Under the pieces are notes generated by a model. That model did not search any database and was not told the DNA's origin. It saw nothing but the letters and a program-made list of their open reading frames with translations. From positions 2,688,001-2,752,000 of the forward strand of contig OZ245015.1 in the NCBI GenBank assembly GCA_965223705.1: a stretch of DNA of 64,000 nt. Reading direction: 5' to 3'. Shown piece by piece: positions 46,900 to 59,728 of the stretch (position 1 is the first letter of the stretch; the number at the start of each line of letters is the position of its first letter). Position numbers and translations under genes: made by a program. The DNA comes from Myxococcota bacterium. Lineage in GTDB: Bacteria; Myxococcota_A; UBA9160; UBA6930.

Positions 46900-49800
46900 G
46901 TCCCGACCTTTCTGCATTGGAGAAGATTCTCGCCGATCGCGTCGTGCTGCTGGACGGTGCGATGGGAACCATGCTGCAACAGCGAGACCTGTCCGAAGAG
47001 GCGTTCCGCGGAGCGACCTTCGAACGACACGACAAGGATCTCCGCGGCAACCACGACGTCTTGAACCTGACACAGCCGGCCGTCGTGGCGGAAGTTCACC
47101 GCGCGTTCCTCGGCGCAGGTTGCGACATCATCGAGACGAACACGTTCAACGCTAACGCGATCTCTCAAGCGGACTACGGACTCGAGTCCTCCGTGCGCGC
47201 CATCAATTTAGCGGCTGCGGAAATCGCTCGTTCCGCAGCCGCGGCGGCCATGGCGGAGGATCCCAGTCGGCCTCGCTTCGTCGCCGGCGCCATCGGGCCG
47301 ACAAACAAGACCCTGTCCCTCTCGCCCGATGTGGAAGACCCGGCTTTCCGCAGTATTCGGTTCGACGAATTGCGCGACACCTACCGAGAGCAGATCGAGG
47401 CGCTCGCCGAAGGAGGCGTCGATCTCCTTCTCATCGAAACGGTGTTCGACACGCTGAACGCGAAAGCCGCGCTGGTCGCCGCCGGCGATGCTTTCGACGC
47501 AACCGGCCGAAACGTACCCATCATGCTGTCGGTGACGATTACCGACGCTTCCGGGCGCACGCTCTCCGGTCAGACCATCGATGCGTTCTGGTCTTCCGTC
47601 GCTCACGCCGATCTTTTTTCGGTGGGGATCAATTGCGCGCTGGGCGCCGAGGCCATGCGTCCCTACGTGGCCGAACTCGCGGCACTGGCGCCGACCTGGC
47701 TCTCTTGTGTGCCGAACGCCGGATTGCCCAACCCGTTGTCGCCGACGGGCTACGACGAAGAGCCTGAGACCACCGGCCGCCTACTCGGTGAGATGGCGGA
47801 GTCGGGCTTGGTCAATATTGTCGGCGGCTGTTGCGGAACCACGCCGGACCACCTGGCGGCGATTCGACGGGCGGTTGCGGAGCACGCGCCGCGGAGGCGC
47901 CCGGAACCCAACGAGGACGTAACCGCGTGGAGCGGCCTCGAGCGCTTGGTGCTCCGCGACGACAGCAACTTCACCATGATCGGTGAGCGCACGAACGTCA
48001 CAGGCTCGCGACGTTTTGCGAGGCTCATCCGCAACGACGACTACGAAGCTGCGCTCTCCGTGGCACTCGACCAGGTGCGCGGCGGCGCCAACGTCCTCGA
48101 TGTCAACATGGACGAAGGCATGCTCGACGGGCCGAGCGTGATGACCCGCTTCTTGCAGCTCGTGGCGTCGGAGCCCGAGATCGCGCGGATTCCGATCATG
48201 GTCGACAGCTCCGACTGGCGGGTCCTCGAAGCGGGTATGCGCGTGGTCCAGGGCAAGGGCATCGTGAACTCGTTGAGCCTGAAGGAAGGCGAAGCGGACT
48301 TTCTCGAGAAGGCCCGCACCGTGCGGCGCTTCGGTTTCGGGGTCGTCGTCATGGCCTTCGACGAGGAGGGACAGGCCGAGACAACGGACCGCAAAGTCGC
48401 CATCTGTTCCCGAGCCTATCGCCTCCTCGTGGAGGAGGTCGGCTTCTCGCCTGGCGACATCGTGTTCGATCCGAACATTCTCGCGATCGGAACGGGAATC
48501 GAAGCGCACAACGCGTTCGCCACGGCGTTTATCGATGCGATCCCCCGAATCAAAGAAGCGTGCCCCGGCGCTCGCGTAAGCGGCGGTGTCAGCAATCTCT
48601 CGTTCTCGTTTCGCGGCAACGATGTCGTACGCGAGGCCATTCACTCGGCGTTTCTCTACCACGCAATACGCGCCGGTCTCGATATGGGCATCGTGAACGC
48701 CGGCCAGCTCGCGGTGTACGAGGACATCGATCGGGACTTGCTCACCCACGTCGAAGACCTGATCTTCAACCGCCGCCCGGATGCGACCGAACGTCTCGTC
48801 CGATTGGCCGAGGAGAAAAAGGGCACCGGGACCCGGCGCGTCGAGGACACCGCCTGGCGAGACGCTTCGGTCGAAGAGCGGCTCCGCCATGCACTGATAC
48901 ACGGGGTGACGGACTGGATCGAGGCCGACAGCGAAGAAGCCCGTCAAAAGCTCGGCGCGCCGCTCGCCGTCATCGAGGGACCCCTGATGGACGGCATGTC
49001 CGTCGTCGGTGATCTGTTCGGCGAAGGCAAGATGTTCCTGCCCCAAGTCGTGAAGAGCGCCCGAGCCATGAAGAAGGCCGTCGCGTACCTGGAGCCCTAC
49101 ATGGAGCGAGCCCGCGAGGAATCCCGCAAGCAGGGCAAGGTCGTGATGGCGACGGTCAAAGGCGACGTCCACGACATCGGGAAGAACATCGTCGCGGTGG
49201 TGCTTCGCTGCAACAATTACGAAGTCTTGGACCTGGGCGTCATGGTTCCCGCAGACCGCATCCTCGATGTCGCCGAAAGCGAGGAGTGCGATGTCGTGGG
49301 ACTGTCCGGGTTGATCACGCCGTCCCTCGACGAGATGGCCCACGTCGCGCGCGAGATGAAGCGGCGCGAAATGGATCTCCCGCTCTTGATCGGCGGCGCC
49401 ACGACGAGCCGCCAACACACCGCGGTCAAGATCGCTCCCGAATACCCGGGGCCGGTGGTCCATGTGCTCGACGCGTCGCGCGCCGTCGGGGTCGTCTCCG
49501 GTTACCTCGATCCGGACCAAAAGGAGGTGCTCGCGCAAAAGAACCGCGAGAACCAACAGCTTCTACGAGAAGTGCATCTCGAGAAACAAGGTCACGAAGT
49601 GAGGCCCTATCGGCGTGCGGTCGAAGAACGGCTCCGGCTTCGCTTCGATACCGAGACGGTGGCCGCGCCGGATTTCTTCGGGACCCGCGAAGTCGCGCCC
49701 GACATCGCAACGCTGCGGGCCTACATCGATTGGACCTTCTTCTTCTCGGCTTGGGACCTGCGCGGCAAGTACCCGCGAATCCTGTCCCACCCGGCGCACG

Positions 49801-50552
49801 GCGCCGCCGCGCGCGAGCTCTTCGACCACGCCCAGGAGTTGCTCGATGAAATCGAGCGGGACGCCTCGCTGACCGCGCAGGGGATTTACGGCTTCTGGCG
49901 GGCGCTTAGCGACGGCGACGACATCGTCTTGCTCGACGAATCCGGCACGGAGTTCGAACGCTTTCCGATGCTGCGCCAACAGCGCGGAAAAGATGACCGC
50001 CCAACGCGTTGTCTCGCCGACTACGTCGCGCCGAGTGACGCCGGACTCGTCGATTCCATCGGGGCTTTTGCAGTGACGGCGGGGATCGGGTGCGAAGAGC
50101 TCGTCGCGCGCTATGAGCGCGATCTCGACGACTACCGCGCCATCATGGTCAAGGCCCTGGCGGACCGGCTGGCCGAAGCCTTCGCCGAGTACATGCACTG
50201 GCTGGCGCGACGTTCTTGGGGCTTCGGGGAAACCGAAGACCTCTCACCCGAAGAGCTCATCGCCGAGCGCTATCGCGGTATTCGGCCGGCCATGGGCTAC
50301 CCGGCCTGCCCGGATCACACCGAGAAGGAGCGCCTGTTCCGACTCCTCGATGCGGAGGCCTTGTCGCTCTCTTTGACCGAGAGCTACGCCGTGATGCCCG
50401 CCGCGAGCGTTTGCGGTCTCTATTTCGCTCATCCCGAAGCGAAGTACTTCAATGTCGGCCGGATCGGCACAGATCAGCTGACTGCGTACGCCCGCCGCAA
50501 GCGGATCTCACGAGGCGAAGCCGAGCGCTGGCTCGCTCCGAATCTCGGGTAA
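46896..50552 (+). CDS. metH: Cobalamin-dependent methionine synthase
   Basis: [37 protein letters not shown] (B12 His), [21 protein letters not shown] overlap start. Confidence 0.98.
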   Translation: MSPDLSALEKILADRVVLLDGAMGTMLQQRDLSEEAFRGATFERHDKDLRGNHDVLNLTQPAVVAEVHRAFLGAGCDIIETNTFNANAISQADYGLESSVRAINLAAAEIARSAAAAAMAEDPSRPRFVAGAIGPTNKTLSLSPDVEDPAFRSIRFDELRDTYREQIEALAEGGVDLLLIETVFDTLNAKAALVAAGDAFDATGRNVPIMLSVTITDASGRTLSGQTIDAFWSSVAHADLFSVGINCALGAEAMRPYVAELAALAPTWLSCVPNAGLPNPLSPTGYDEEPETTGRLLGEMAESGLVNIVGGCCGTTPDHLAAIRRAVAEHAPRRRPEPNEDVTAWSGLERLVLRDDSNFTMIGERTNVTGSRRFARLIRNDDYEAALSVALDQVRGGANVLDVNMDEGMLDGPSVMTRFLQLVASEPEIARIPIMVDSSDWRVLEAGMRVVQGKGIVNSLSLKEGEADFLEKARTVRRFGFGVVVMAFDEEGQAETTDRKVAICSRAYRLLVEEVGFSPGDIVFDPNILAIGTGIEAHNAFATAFIDAIPRIKEACPGARVSGGVSNLSFSFRGNDVVREAIHSAFLYHAIRAGLDMGIVNAGQLAVYEDIDRDLLTHVEDLIFNRRPDATERLVRLAEEKKGTGTRRVEDTAWRDASVEERLRHALIHGVTDWIEADSEEARQKLGAPLAVIEGPLMDGMSVVGDLFGEGKMFLPQVVKSARAMKKAVAYLEPYMERAREESRKQGKVVMATVKGDVHDIGKNIVAVVLRCNNYEVLDLGVMVPADRILDVAESEECDVVGLSGLITPSLDEMAHVAREMKRREMDLPLLIGGATTSRQHTAVKIAPEYPGPVVHVLDASRAVGVVSGYLDPDQKEVLAQKNRENQQLLREVHLEKQGHEVRPYRRAVEERLRLRFDTETVAAPDFFGTREVAPDIATLRAYIDWTFFFSAWDLRGKYPRILSHPAHGAAARELFDHAQELLDEIERDASLTAQGIYGFWRALSDGDDIVLLDESGTEFERFPMLRQQRGKDDRPTRCLADYVAPSDAGLVDSIGAFAVTAGIGCEELVARYERDLDDYRAIMVKALADRLAEAFAEYMHWLARRSWGFGETEDLSPEELIAERYRGIRPAMGYPACPDHTEKERLFRLLDAEALSLSLTESYAVMPAASVCGLYFAHPEAKYFNVGRIGTDQLTAYARRKRISRGEAERWLAPNLG

Positions 50553-50564
50553 TCCGTAGGGACG

Positions 50565-51259
50565 ATGGATCAGCCGCTCCGAGGGGTTCTGTTCGACGCG
50601 GTGGGCACCCTGATCGAGCTTCGCGAGCCCGTCGGCGAGACCTATCGCCGCTTCGCTGTCGATGCGGGCGTCGACCTCTCCGCCGCGCGCATCGAAGAGG
50701 CCTTCGGCCGGGTGTTCGCCGCCGCACCTCCGATGGCGTTCCCGGGGACGACCCCGGAAGAAGCCGCCGAGCTCGAACGCGACTGGTGGCGCACACGGGT
50801 GCGCGAGACGTTTCGAGCGGCGGATCAGATGCAGCGTTTCGAGGCCTTTGAAGCCTTTTTCGACGCGCTCTGGCGTCATTTCTCTCGCGCGGACTCCTGG
50901 CGCGTTCGCACAGGCGCCCGCCCACTCTTGCGCGAGCTCAAGACGATCGGCTTTCGTCTGGCTCTTGTCTCTAATTTCGATCACCGACTTCGCGAGCTGC
51001 TCGGCGGGCTCGACCTCGCGGACCCCTTCGAGGCCGTCGTTCTCCCGGCGGACTGCGGCTTCGCGAAACCGTCACCGGAGATTTTTCTCGTCGCTTGCGA
51101 GCGGATCGGCTGCGCCCCGGACGACTGTACATACGTGGGAGACCACCCCGACGAGGACATTGCCGGTGCGAATTCCGCCGGACTCCGGGCGATCGACGTC
51201 GGCACATTGGCTACTTTGCAGGAACTCACGCATCGCCTCGACGCCCCACAGGAGCCGGC

Positions 51260-51263
<4 letters not shown>
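50565..51263 (+). CDS. HAD-IA family hydrolase
   Basis: FDAVGTL, VSNFD, KPSPEIF, YVGD...DI.GA. Confidence 0.88.
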
Positions 51264-52731
<1,468 letters not shown>

Positions 52732-52735
<4 letters not shown>

Positions 52736-54081
52736 GCGAAGACCTCGTCAAACGAGTTCTCGAGCGGTGCACCGAGTCCGGGGCCGCGCAGGCGGACGTG
52801 GTTCTCGTTCACTCCGAGGCCACCGAAGTCCGTGTGCGCGACCGCGAGATCGATTTCGTCAAACAGTCCCGCGAGCGTATCCTCGGTATCCGCGCGCTCG
52901 TCAAGGGCGACGACGGCCTCCGCACGGCGGTGACATCGACGAGCGACCTCACCGAAGGCGTCGCCCTCTCCTTGGCGAGCGACACCGTGGAAATCGCTTC
53001 CGCGACGGCCGCGGACCCCTTCGCGGGAATCCCCGCCGAAGGGTTCGCCACGGACCTTCCCGACTTGGCGCTCCACGATCCCGCCGACCGAAACGTGGGC
53101 GTCGATCAGCTCATCGAGGCGGCGAGAGAGGCCGAAGCCGCAGCCCGCGCCGAAGATGCGCGTATCGAGAACTCCGAAGGTTCAGAGGCGAGCCAGGAGC
53201 TCGTCACGGTGACCTACGGCAACTCGGAAGGCTTCGTCGCGAGCTACGACGCCGCCGCTCACGGCCTCTTCTCCATGCCGATCGCCGCGGCGAACGGCGA
53301 GATGCAAACCGACTATTGGAGCACGGCCGCACGCAGCCGAAGCGCTCTCGAAACGCCGGGCGAAGTCGGAGCGAAAGCGGCGCGCCGGGCCGCGCGCCGC
53401 CTCGGCTCGCAGCGGGTGCGGACGTGCGAAGTGCCCGTCGTTTTCGACGCCGCGAACGCCCGCAGCCTCGTCTCGCACTTGACGAGCTGCATCACCGGTG
53501 GAGCGATCTACCGCAAGACTTCGTTTCTCGCCGACGCGCTCGGCGAGCAGGTAGCGAGCCCCTTGGTGACCATCACGGATGACGGTCGCCGACTCGCTGG
53601 ACTCGGCAGCAAGCCGTTCGACGGAGAAGGTCAAGCGACGCGGAAGACTTGCGTCATCTCGGGTGGACAACTCGAAAACTTCCTCCTCGACAGCTACGCG
53701 GGCCGGAAACTCGGGCGACCCTCTACCGGAAGCGCCGCGCGCAGCCCGGGCGGCCGCCCCGGCGCCTCGGCAACCAACATTTGGCTCGAGCCGGGCGAAC
53801 AAAGCCTCGAAGAAATCATCGCCGAAACCCCGCGCGGCTTGTACCTCACCTATCTCTTCGGTCACGGGTTCAATCCGACCACCGGTGACCTATCGCGTGG
53901 GGCCGCCGGAGTCTGGATCGAGAACGGCGAGCTGACCCACCCGGTGGAGGAAATCACGATCGCCGGCAACCTCCGCGATATGCTTCTCGGGATCGATGCC
54001 GTCGGGGACGACGTGCTGTGGCAGAGTTCGGTCGCTGCGCCTTCGCTGCGCATCTCGAACATGACAATCGCTGGAGAATAA
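52732..54081 (+). CDS. pmbA: TldE/PmbA partner subunit
   Basis: SKPFDGEG, TGSAAR, NPTTGDLSRGAAG, PVEEITIAGNL. Lacks HExxxH and follows tldD. Confidence 0.92.
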
Positions 54082-54083
54082 GG

Positions 54084-54959
54084 ATGGCGGAAAAGCCCGA
54101 AACGATGTTGGGGATGGAGTTGCCGGACGTCGACGTCTGGTCGGATCGGGTGACTGTCGCACTGGGACAGAACCCCGGCGTCTTCACGGGTCCCGGGACC
54201 AACACGTACCTCGTCGGAACAGGGCCCGAGAAAATTCTGCTCGACACGGGCGAGGGACGAGAGAGCTACCTCCCCGTCCTCCAGGCGGCCATGGAGCGTG
54301 CCGGGTGCACCGGACTCCAGGAAATCGTCCTCACCCACGGTCACGGAGATCACTTGGGCGGGGTTTCGGGCATCCGGGAGCGTTTCGGACCGCTCCGCGT
54401 ATCGAAACTACCCTACGGTCCGTTCGACGCTGGACGCGACCTCGACGCGGTCGCCCTCTCGGACGGCGACTGCGTTCGAACCGACGGAGCCACCCTTCGC
54501 GCCGTGCACACACCGGGCCATGCGCCGGATCACTTGTGCTTCGTTCTCGAGGAAGAGGGATCCCTTTTCTCCGGTGACAACGTGTTGGGTGTCGGTACGA
54601 CCGTCATCCCGATGGGAACCGGCGACCTCTCTCAGTACATGGATTCCCTCGCGCGACTTCTCGAGCTCGCACCGACGCGCATCTACCCGGCGCACGGCCC
54701 TGCAATCGAGCGGGGGGAAGAGAAGATCCGCGAATACATCGCCCATCGCGAAGCGCGCGAAGAGCAGGTGTATGACGCGTTGGCGGACGCACCGAGGACT
54801 CCGATGGAGATCGTTCGCGAGGTTTACGCCGCGTACCCGGAAAAGCTCTATCCGGCGGCGGCGCAGTCCGTAACACAGCATCTGCAGAAGCTCGAAGCCG
54901 ACGGCCGCGTCACACATCGGGGTGACGATCTCACGAACGCGTCCTGGGCGCGCCGTTGA
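54084..54959 (+). CDS. MBL-fold metallo-hydrolase (LACTB2-like, C-terminal winged helix)
   Basis: NPGVFTGPGTNTYLVG, THGHGDH, TPGHAPDH, FSGDNVLG, PAHG. Confidence 0.9.
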   Translation: MAEKPETMLGMELPDVDVWSDRVTVALGQNPGVFTGPGTNTYLVGTGPEKILLDTGEGRESYLPVLQAAMERAGCTGLQEIVLTHGHGDHLGGVSGIRERFGPLRVSKLPYGPFDAGRDLDAVALSDGDCVRTDGATLRAVHTPGHAPDHLCFVLEEEGSLFSGDNVLGVGTTVIPMGTGDLSQYMDSLARLLELAPTRIYPAHGPAIERGEEKIREYIAHREAREEQVYDALADAPRTPMEIVREVYAAYPEKLYPAAAQSVTQHLQKLEADGRVTHRGDDLTNASWARR

Positions 54960-56203
54960 ACCGAGACGAGTTCTTCCGCGAGGCCCGCCGTGACGTGAGC
55001 GGCCCGCTCCACGGCCTGCGGGTCGTCGAACTCGGCACGACGTGGGCCGGCCCTCTGTGCGGCTGCTTGTTGGCGGATATGGGCGCCGACGTGATCAAGG
55101 TCGAGCATCCACGCGGCGACGTCGCGCGCACCGCTCCGCCATTTCTACCGGGCACCGATCCCGAGCTCTCGTTCATGCAGGTCACGCTCAACCGCAACAA
55201 GCGAAGCCTCGCGCTCGATGTCGGCCGGAGCCGGGGGCGGGAGGTGTTTCTGCGGCTCGCTGCGACGGCCGACGTCGTCATCGAAAATCTCCGTCCCGGC
55301 ACCGTCGATCGTTGGGGGATCGGCTACAACGCCCTTCGTGCGATGCGACATGACCTCGTCATGGTTTCCATCAGCGGCTACGGGCAGTTCGGCAGCCACG
55401 CACAGCGCCCGGGCTACGACCCGATCGCTCAGGCCGAAAGCGGTTTTCTGTCCCTGAACGGCTCTCCCGACGGCAGCCCCACCAAGGCGCCGACTTTCAT
55501 CGGAGACGATATGGCGGGTTTGCATGCCGCCATAGCAACCCTCGCCGCCCTCCGGCACCGCGATGTAACCGGTGAGGGGCAACACGTCGACGTCTCCCTC
55601 GTCGACGCCATGCTGTTCCAAAACCCGTTCCTCACGCTGGGCGCGATGGGCGCTGAGCTCCCTCGCCTCGGGAACGAGTTCCGACTCGCGGCTCCCGCCA
55701 ATGTCTTTCGTTGTCGCGACGGGGACATGATCTCGGGTGTGCTGGTCGACGCGCATTGGCGCGCGCTCGCGGGCGTGATCGGCCATCCCGACTACGGAAC
55801 CGATCCGCGCTTCGCCACGAACGCGGCGCGCCTCGAAAGGCGCGAAGAAGTCAACGCGCTCGTGGCCGCCTGGGCCGGTGCCCTCGACGCGTCAGACGCT
55901 GTGGCCCAGCTCGTCGCCGCGGGGATCCCGGCGGCGGTCGTCAAAACCTACAACGAAGCCGCTCAGGGCGACGTGGCCCGCGAGCGCGACATGTTGCAGC
56001 GCGTTCCCGTCGAAGGGAACGCGGACGTTCCCGTGCAGGGCCCGGTGCCGAAGTTCTCGCGAACCCCCGTCTCCGTTCGCTCGGGTGCGCCAGCGCTCGG
56101 TGCGGCGACCGATGAAATTCTGCGGGAGCTCGGGTTCGAGGAGGACGAGCGAGCGAGCCTCGGGACCGAAGGCATCACACGGCTTTCCGATCCGACGGAC
56201 TAA
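54956..56203 (+). CDS. Family III CoA-transferase (CaiB/BaiF)
   Basis: GPL.GLRVVEL, GADVIKVE, NRNKRS, ENLRPG, GYD, catalytic Asp in IGDD. Confidence 0.92.
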   Translation: MNRDEFFREARRDVSGPLHGLRVVELGTTWAGPLCGCLLADMGADVIKVEHPRGDVARTAPPFLPGTDPELSFMQVTLNRNKRSLALDVGRSRGREVFLRLAATADVVIENLRPGTVDRWGIGYNALRAMRHDLVMVSISGYGQFGSHAQRPGYDPIAQAESGFLSLNGSPDGSPTKAPTFIGDDMAGLHAAIATLAALRHRDVTGEGQHVDVSLVDAMLFQNPFLTLGAMGAELPRLGNEFRLAAPANVFRCRDGDMISGVLVDAHWRALAGVIGHPDYGTDPRFATNAARLERREEVNALVAAWAGALDASDAVAQLVAAGIPAAVVKTYNEAAQGDVARERDMLQRVPVEGNADVPVQGPVPKFSRTPVSVRSGAPALGAATDEILRELGFEEDERASLGTEGITRLSDPTD

Positions 56204-56207
56204 GGCG

Positions 56208-56546
56208 CTACTGAATCCGCGTGCGGCGATCGAAACCCTCATCGTACGCGTGGAAGTACGCGAGCTCTTCTTCGGGCCAGCGCCAACAGTAGTAGCCGGC
56301 GCCGCTGTCGAAATCGACGAGCCAAGGGCCTTTTACCTCGACGCCGAGCGCTTCCATTTCGCGCGCCCAACGGTCGAGAACCGAAGCGACTTCGGCATCC
56401 GACCCGGAAGAAGCCGCGATCTCGTCCGTTCGCGAGACGGCGCGCTCGGTGCGGCGCCGGATCTCGGGCAGGAAGCCGCGTGCCGACTCAAGCGTCCAAC
56501 TTCGCTTCGTCATCGCTGTTCGCTGCCGCTCCTCAGTCATCCTCAT
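56208..56546 (-). CDS. DUF2203-family protein
   Basis: WTLE.AR.FLP, LGVEVKG.WLVDF, YCWRW.E, F.H...GF..R. Start could be 56540 or 56513. Confidence 0.75.
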   Translation of the reverse strand: MRMTEERQRTAMTKRSWTLESARGFLPEIRRRTERAVSRTDEIAASSGSDAEVASVLDRWAREMEALGVEVKGPWLVDFDSGAGYYCWRWPEEELAYFHAYDEGFDRRTRIQ

Positions 56547-57474
56547 CGGTGGAGAGCTTGATCAAGGAGCGCACGACGAAGCTCTCCTTCGCTCCGCCGA
56601 TCAGCTCCCGCAAATCCTCGTAGAGCGCGGGATCGTTGACGAGAAGCCCCATCGATCCCGTCCCGGTGTCGATCTTCTCGAGAATGCTCCCCAGGCGCTG
56701 ACTCGCGACGCGCGCTTCGGTCAGGAAGTCCTGCTTGTCTTTCGGGTCGTAGATCAAGCTATGGAGCAGCCCGTCGCCTCGCGCGACCTCCTCGAGAATC
56801 CCTTCGAAGGTCGCGAGCGATCGCTCGATGCTCTCCACTCCGCTGCCCTCGTAGCTGTCGTAGATCAAGCTGTGCAACAAGCCCTCGCCGGTTCGCACTT
56901 CCTCGATAATGGTATGGATGCCGGCCAAGCTCTCGACAATTCGCGCGGTTCCCATCTGACTCTGAAACTGATCGATGGCTTCGTTCACGTTCTCGGCGAG
57001 CCGAGCGATGTTGTCGATGGCCTGGGTGCCGCGCTCGGCGGCTTGAGTCAGGTCCAAGGGGTTCTGCGTCGCGATTTCGGAACCGTTCGTCAGCGGTCGT
57101 CCCAGCGGCGTCCCCATGGAGACCTCGACGTACTTGTCACCGAGCAGGCCGATCGTTCCGATACTCGCACGGGAGTCGCTGCGGATCCTCTCTTGAACAC
57201 TGCGATCAATGTCGAGCTCGACACGAATCGGGGGAAGATTCCCTTCGAGCGGCGCGAAACTAACGTCCTCGACGGTCCCGACATCACGCCCGGCCAACCG
57301 GACAGGAGCTCCCCCGGTCAATCCCTGCACGTTTTCAAAGTACGCCGTCAATCGGTAGCGCGGTCGAAACAGCCCCTGCTCGGACGAGAACGTGAGGAGA
57401 ATCGCGGCCAAGAGGAACAAGCTGAGCAACACAAAAGCGCCGACGATGAGACTCAAGCGGCGACTGCTATCCAT
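56533..57474 (-). CDS. mlaD: MlaD/MCE family substrate-binding protein
   Basis: TM, F.NVQGL..GAPVRLAG.DVG.V, GLLGDKYVE, helical repeat tail. Confidence 0.88.
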   Translation of the reverse strand: MDSSRRLSLIVGAFVLLSLFLLAAILLTFSSEQGLFRPRYRLTAYFENVQGLTGGAPVRLAGRDVGTVEDVSFAPLEGNLPPIRVELDIDRSVQERIRSDSRASIGTIGLLGDKYVEVSMGTPLGRPLTNGSEIATQNPLDLTQAAERGTQAIDNIARLAENVNEAIDQFQSQMGTARIVESLAGIHTIIEEVRTGEGLLHSLIYDSYEGSGVESIERSLATFEGILEEVARGDGLLHSLIYDPKDKQDFLTEARVASQRLGSILEKIDTGTGSMGLLVNDPALYEDLRELIGGAKESFVVRSLIKLSTDEDD

Positions 57475-58255
57475 GAGCGTCTCCTTCTCTTCCTTTCCCG
57501 ACGGACGCCGGCGGCGTCGGATCCTGTGAGCCCTCGATGAATGCCCGCAGTTCGGGGTGTTCGGTGTTCTTCACTTCGGCGGGCGTTCCCTCCGAAACGA
57601 TTTCTCCCAATCGAAGCAGTGCAATGCGATCCGAGATGGCGAAACAGAGCTCCATGTCGTGCGTGACCACGACGGAAGTCACGCCCAACTCGCGTTGGAG
57701 CGAACGAATGAGCTCACCAATACGCCGCGAATTCGCCGGATCGAGTCCCGTGGTGGGTTCGTCGTACAGAATGATTTTCGGTTGCAGCGCGATCGCCCTC
57801 GCCACCCCAACGCGTTTCCGCATGCCCCCGGACAACTCGGCCGGCATCATCGGCGCGATCCCTTCGAGCCCGACCCCCTGCAAGCATTGTTCAACCCGCT
57901 GCTCGAGATCCGTGCGCGAAAGGGAGAGGTGCTCGCGCAAGGGGTACGCGATGTTCTCGAAGACCGTGAGCGAATCGAACAATGCGGCACTTTGAAAGAC
58001 CATGCCGATCTCTTTGCGAATCTCGACGAACTCGCGCTCTGCAAGGCTACTGACCTCTCGACCGAACAGTCGCACCGTCCCACGATCGGGCCGAAGAAGC
58101 CCGATGATGTGACGCAAGCAGACCGATTTCCCCGACCCCGAACCTCCGAGAATCGTATAGGTCTCCCCCGCCGAAACGCGCAAGGAGACGCCTTGAAGAA
58201 CAGGTCGGCCTCCAAACCCTTTGTGTAGATCCTCGATTTCGATCGCGGGTTCCAT
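57467..58255 (-). CDS. mlaF: MlaF/Mkl-type ABC transporter ATP-binding protein
   Basis: GGSGSGKS, FQSAALFDSL, LSGGMRKRV, LYDEPTTGLDP, VTHD. Confidence 0.92.
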   Translation of the reverse strand: MEPAIEIEDLHKGFGGRPVLQGVSLRVSAGETYTILGGSGSGKSVCLRHIIGLLRPDRGTVRLFGREVSSLAEREFVEIRKEIGMVFQSAALFDSLTVFENIAYPLREHLSLSRTDLEQRVEQCLQGVGLEGIAPMMPAELSGGMRKRVGVARAIALQPKIILYDEPTTGLDPANSRRIGELIRSLQRELGVTSVVVTHDMELCFAISDRIALLRLGEIVSEGTPAEVKNTEHPELRAFIEGSQDPTPPASVGKGREGDAHG

Positions 58256-59094
58256 CAATCGCTTCCCCGGAACCAGTCGAGAATGGCTTCTCCGGGAATC
58301 GCGAGAAACAGTTGTGTCAGGAAGAAATCCGAGATGAGGACCGCGATCGAAGCGATCACCACAGTCCGGGTCGTCGCTGCCCCGACGCCCTGGGTGCCCC
58401 CGGTCGTCCGGAGCCCGACGAAGCAAGCGATCATGGCGATGAGCCAACCGAAGACGATCGTCTTACCGACCCCGGAGAAGAAGTCGGCGAGGGTCACGGT
58501 GGTGAGCACCGTCTGCATATAGAAGAAGAAGCTGATCGAATACTGCGACTTCGCAATGAGCCCGCCCCCGAGTACGCCGAGCGCAATCGCGAAAAACGTG
58601 AGCAGCGGGAGGGCGATCGTCGTGGCGATGACGCGGGGAACGACGAGCTTCTGAACCGGATCCGCGCCCATCGCCCGAATCGCGTCGACTTGTTCCGTGA
58701 CGACCATGGAACCGATTTCCGACGTGATCCCAGCGCCGACGCGCCCGCCGACCATCAGCGCGGCGAGCACCGGCCCGAGCTCGCGGACGATCGCCAGTCC
58801 GACGATGCTTCCGACGTAGGGTTTCGCGCCGAAGCGAGACAAGGCGAACGCCGTCTGCAACGCGAGAACCATTCCCGTAAAGAACGTCGTTACCGCCACC
58901 AGCGGGAAGGATCGGACCCCGATCGCCTCCGCTTGCTCGAGAAGCGCGCGAAACGGGAAGCGCCGCCGCAAGCACGAAGTCGCCGTACCCACGGCGAGGC
59001 GGCTGAAGTCGCCGAGTTCTTCCACGACACGCAGGCAGGCCGCGCCGAAGCGCGCCAGGCCGGAGAGCGGGATGGGCGGCGTCGGTGTCGTCAC
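58255..59094 (-). CDS. mlaE: MlaE-family ABC permease
   Basis: VRELGPVLAALMVGGRVG, EIGSMVVTEQVDAIRAMG.DP, GVG.ATT. GTGA overlap start. Confidence 0.92.
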   Translation of the reverse strand: MTTPTPPIPLSGLARFGAACLRVVEELGDFSRLAVGTATSCLRRRFPFRALLEQAEAIGVRSFPLVAVTTFFTGMVLALQTAFALSRFGAKPYVGSIVGLAIVRELGPVLAALMVGGRVGAGITSEIGSMVVTEQVDAIRAMGADPVQKLVVPRVIATTIALPLLTFFAIALGVLGGGLIAKSQYSISFFFYMQTVLTTVTLADFFSGVGKTIVFGWLIAMIACFVGLRTTGGTQGVGAATTRTVVIASIAVLISDFFLTQLFLAIPGEAILDWFRGSD

Positions 59095-59636
59095 GGCGCG
59101 GCGGACCGAGAGCTCGGTGGCGGCACGAACGTCCCCATCCACTCGTCGAACGTGGCCTCGGCGGCGTCATCGGGACGAGGAGTCACCAAGACGAAATCCC
59201 AATCGCATCCGGCCTGGCGACGACTCACGCTGACGAGGTGGGCCGTCTTACCCCGATCGGTGACGCGCGCGCGCTGGCGCCAACCACCGTCGGGAACCGC
59301 TTCGGGACCCTCGGAGAGGAGTTCTGCCTCGTCCAATCCGCCGAGTAGACGCCGCGCGAGCAAATTCCCCGAGACGGGTCGCCGACCACAGCGCCAGAGA
59401 AGACTCAGCGTGCGGCCGCGCGTCGCCGTAAAGGTGACGGCGCGCTTTTGGCGTGGTTGCTGGGTCCACGACCCCCCTGCGCTCTTGGGGATACCGATGC
59501 TGAATCCGACCTCGCGGTGTGTGACCCGCCCGCCGGCGGTCGCCAAATCGGGCTTCGCGCAACCCAGCGCGATCAGGAGGCTCGCTGTCCCCAACAACGG
59601 CAGTACGCGAACCGCTCTAGCCCGTTCTGTAACCAC
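59091..59636 (-). CDS. Hypothetical lipoprotein, coupled to mlaE
   Basis: Hydrophobic stretch ending in IALGC lipobox. Stop overlaps the mlaE start. Start uncertain (59636 or 59687). Confidence 0.55.
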   Translation of the reverse strand: MVTERARAVRVLPLLGTASLLIALGCAKPDLATAGGRVTHREVGFSIGIPKSAGGSWTQQPRQKRAVTFTATRGRTLSLLWRCGRRPVSGNLLARRLLGGLDEAELLSEGPEAVPDGGWRQRARVTDRGKTAHLVSVSRRQAGCDWDFVLVTPRPDDAAEATFDEWMGTFVPPPSSRSAAP

Positions 59637-59693
59637 GACGCAGACCCTACCGGATCGTACCGGTCTCGCGATCGCGCCGGCACACACGACCGC

Positions 59694-59722
59694 TTGACGG
59701 ACGCGTTGCGCGGCGGTACCCC
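59694..59722 (+). promoter_or_regulatory. Putative promoter TTGACG-17-TACCCC of the maf operon
   Basis: 17-bp spacer. GTG start at 59729 lies 6 nt downstream, with no SD. Confidence 0.35.
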
Positions 59723-59728
59723 GGTGCC

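Noticed and set aside
47781..49556. 591-aa minus-strand ORF
   Set aside because: Antisense shadow of metH.
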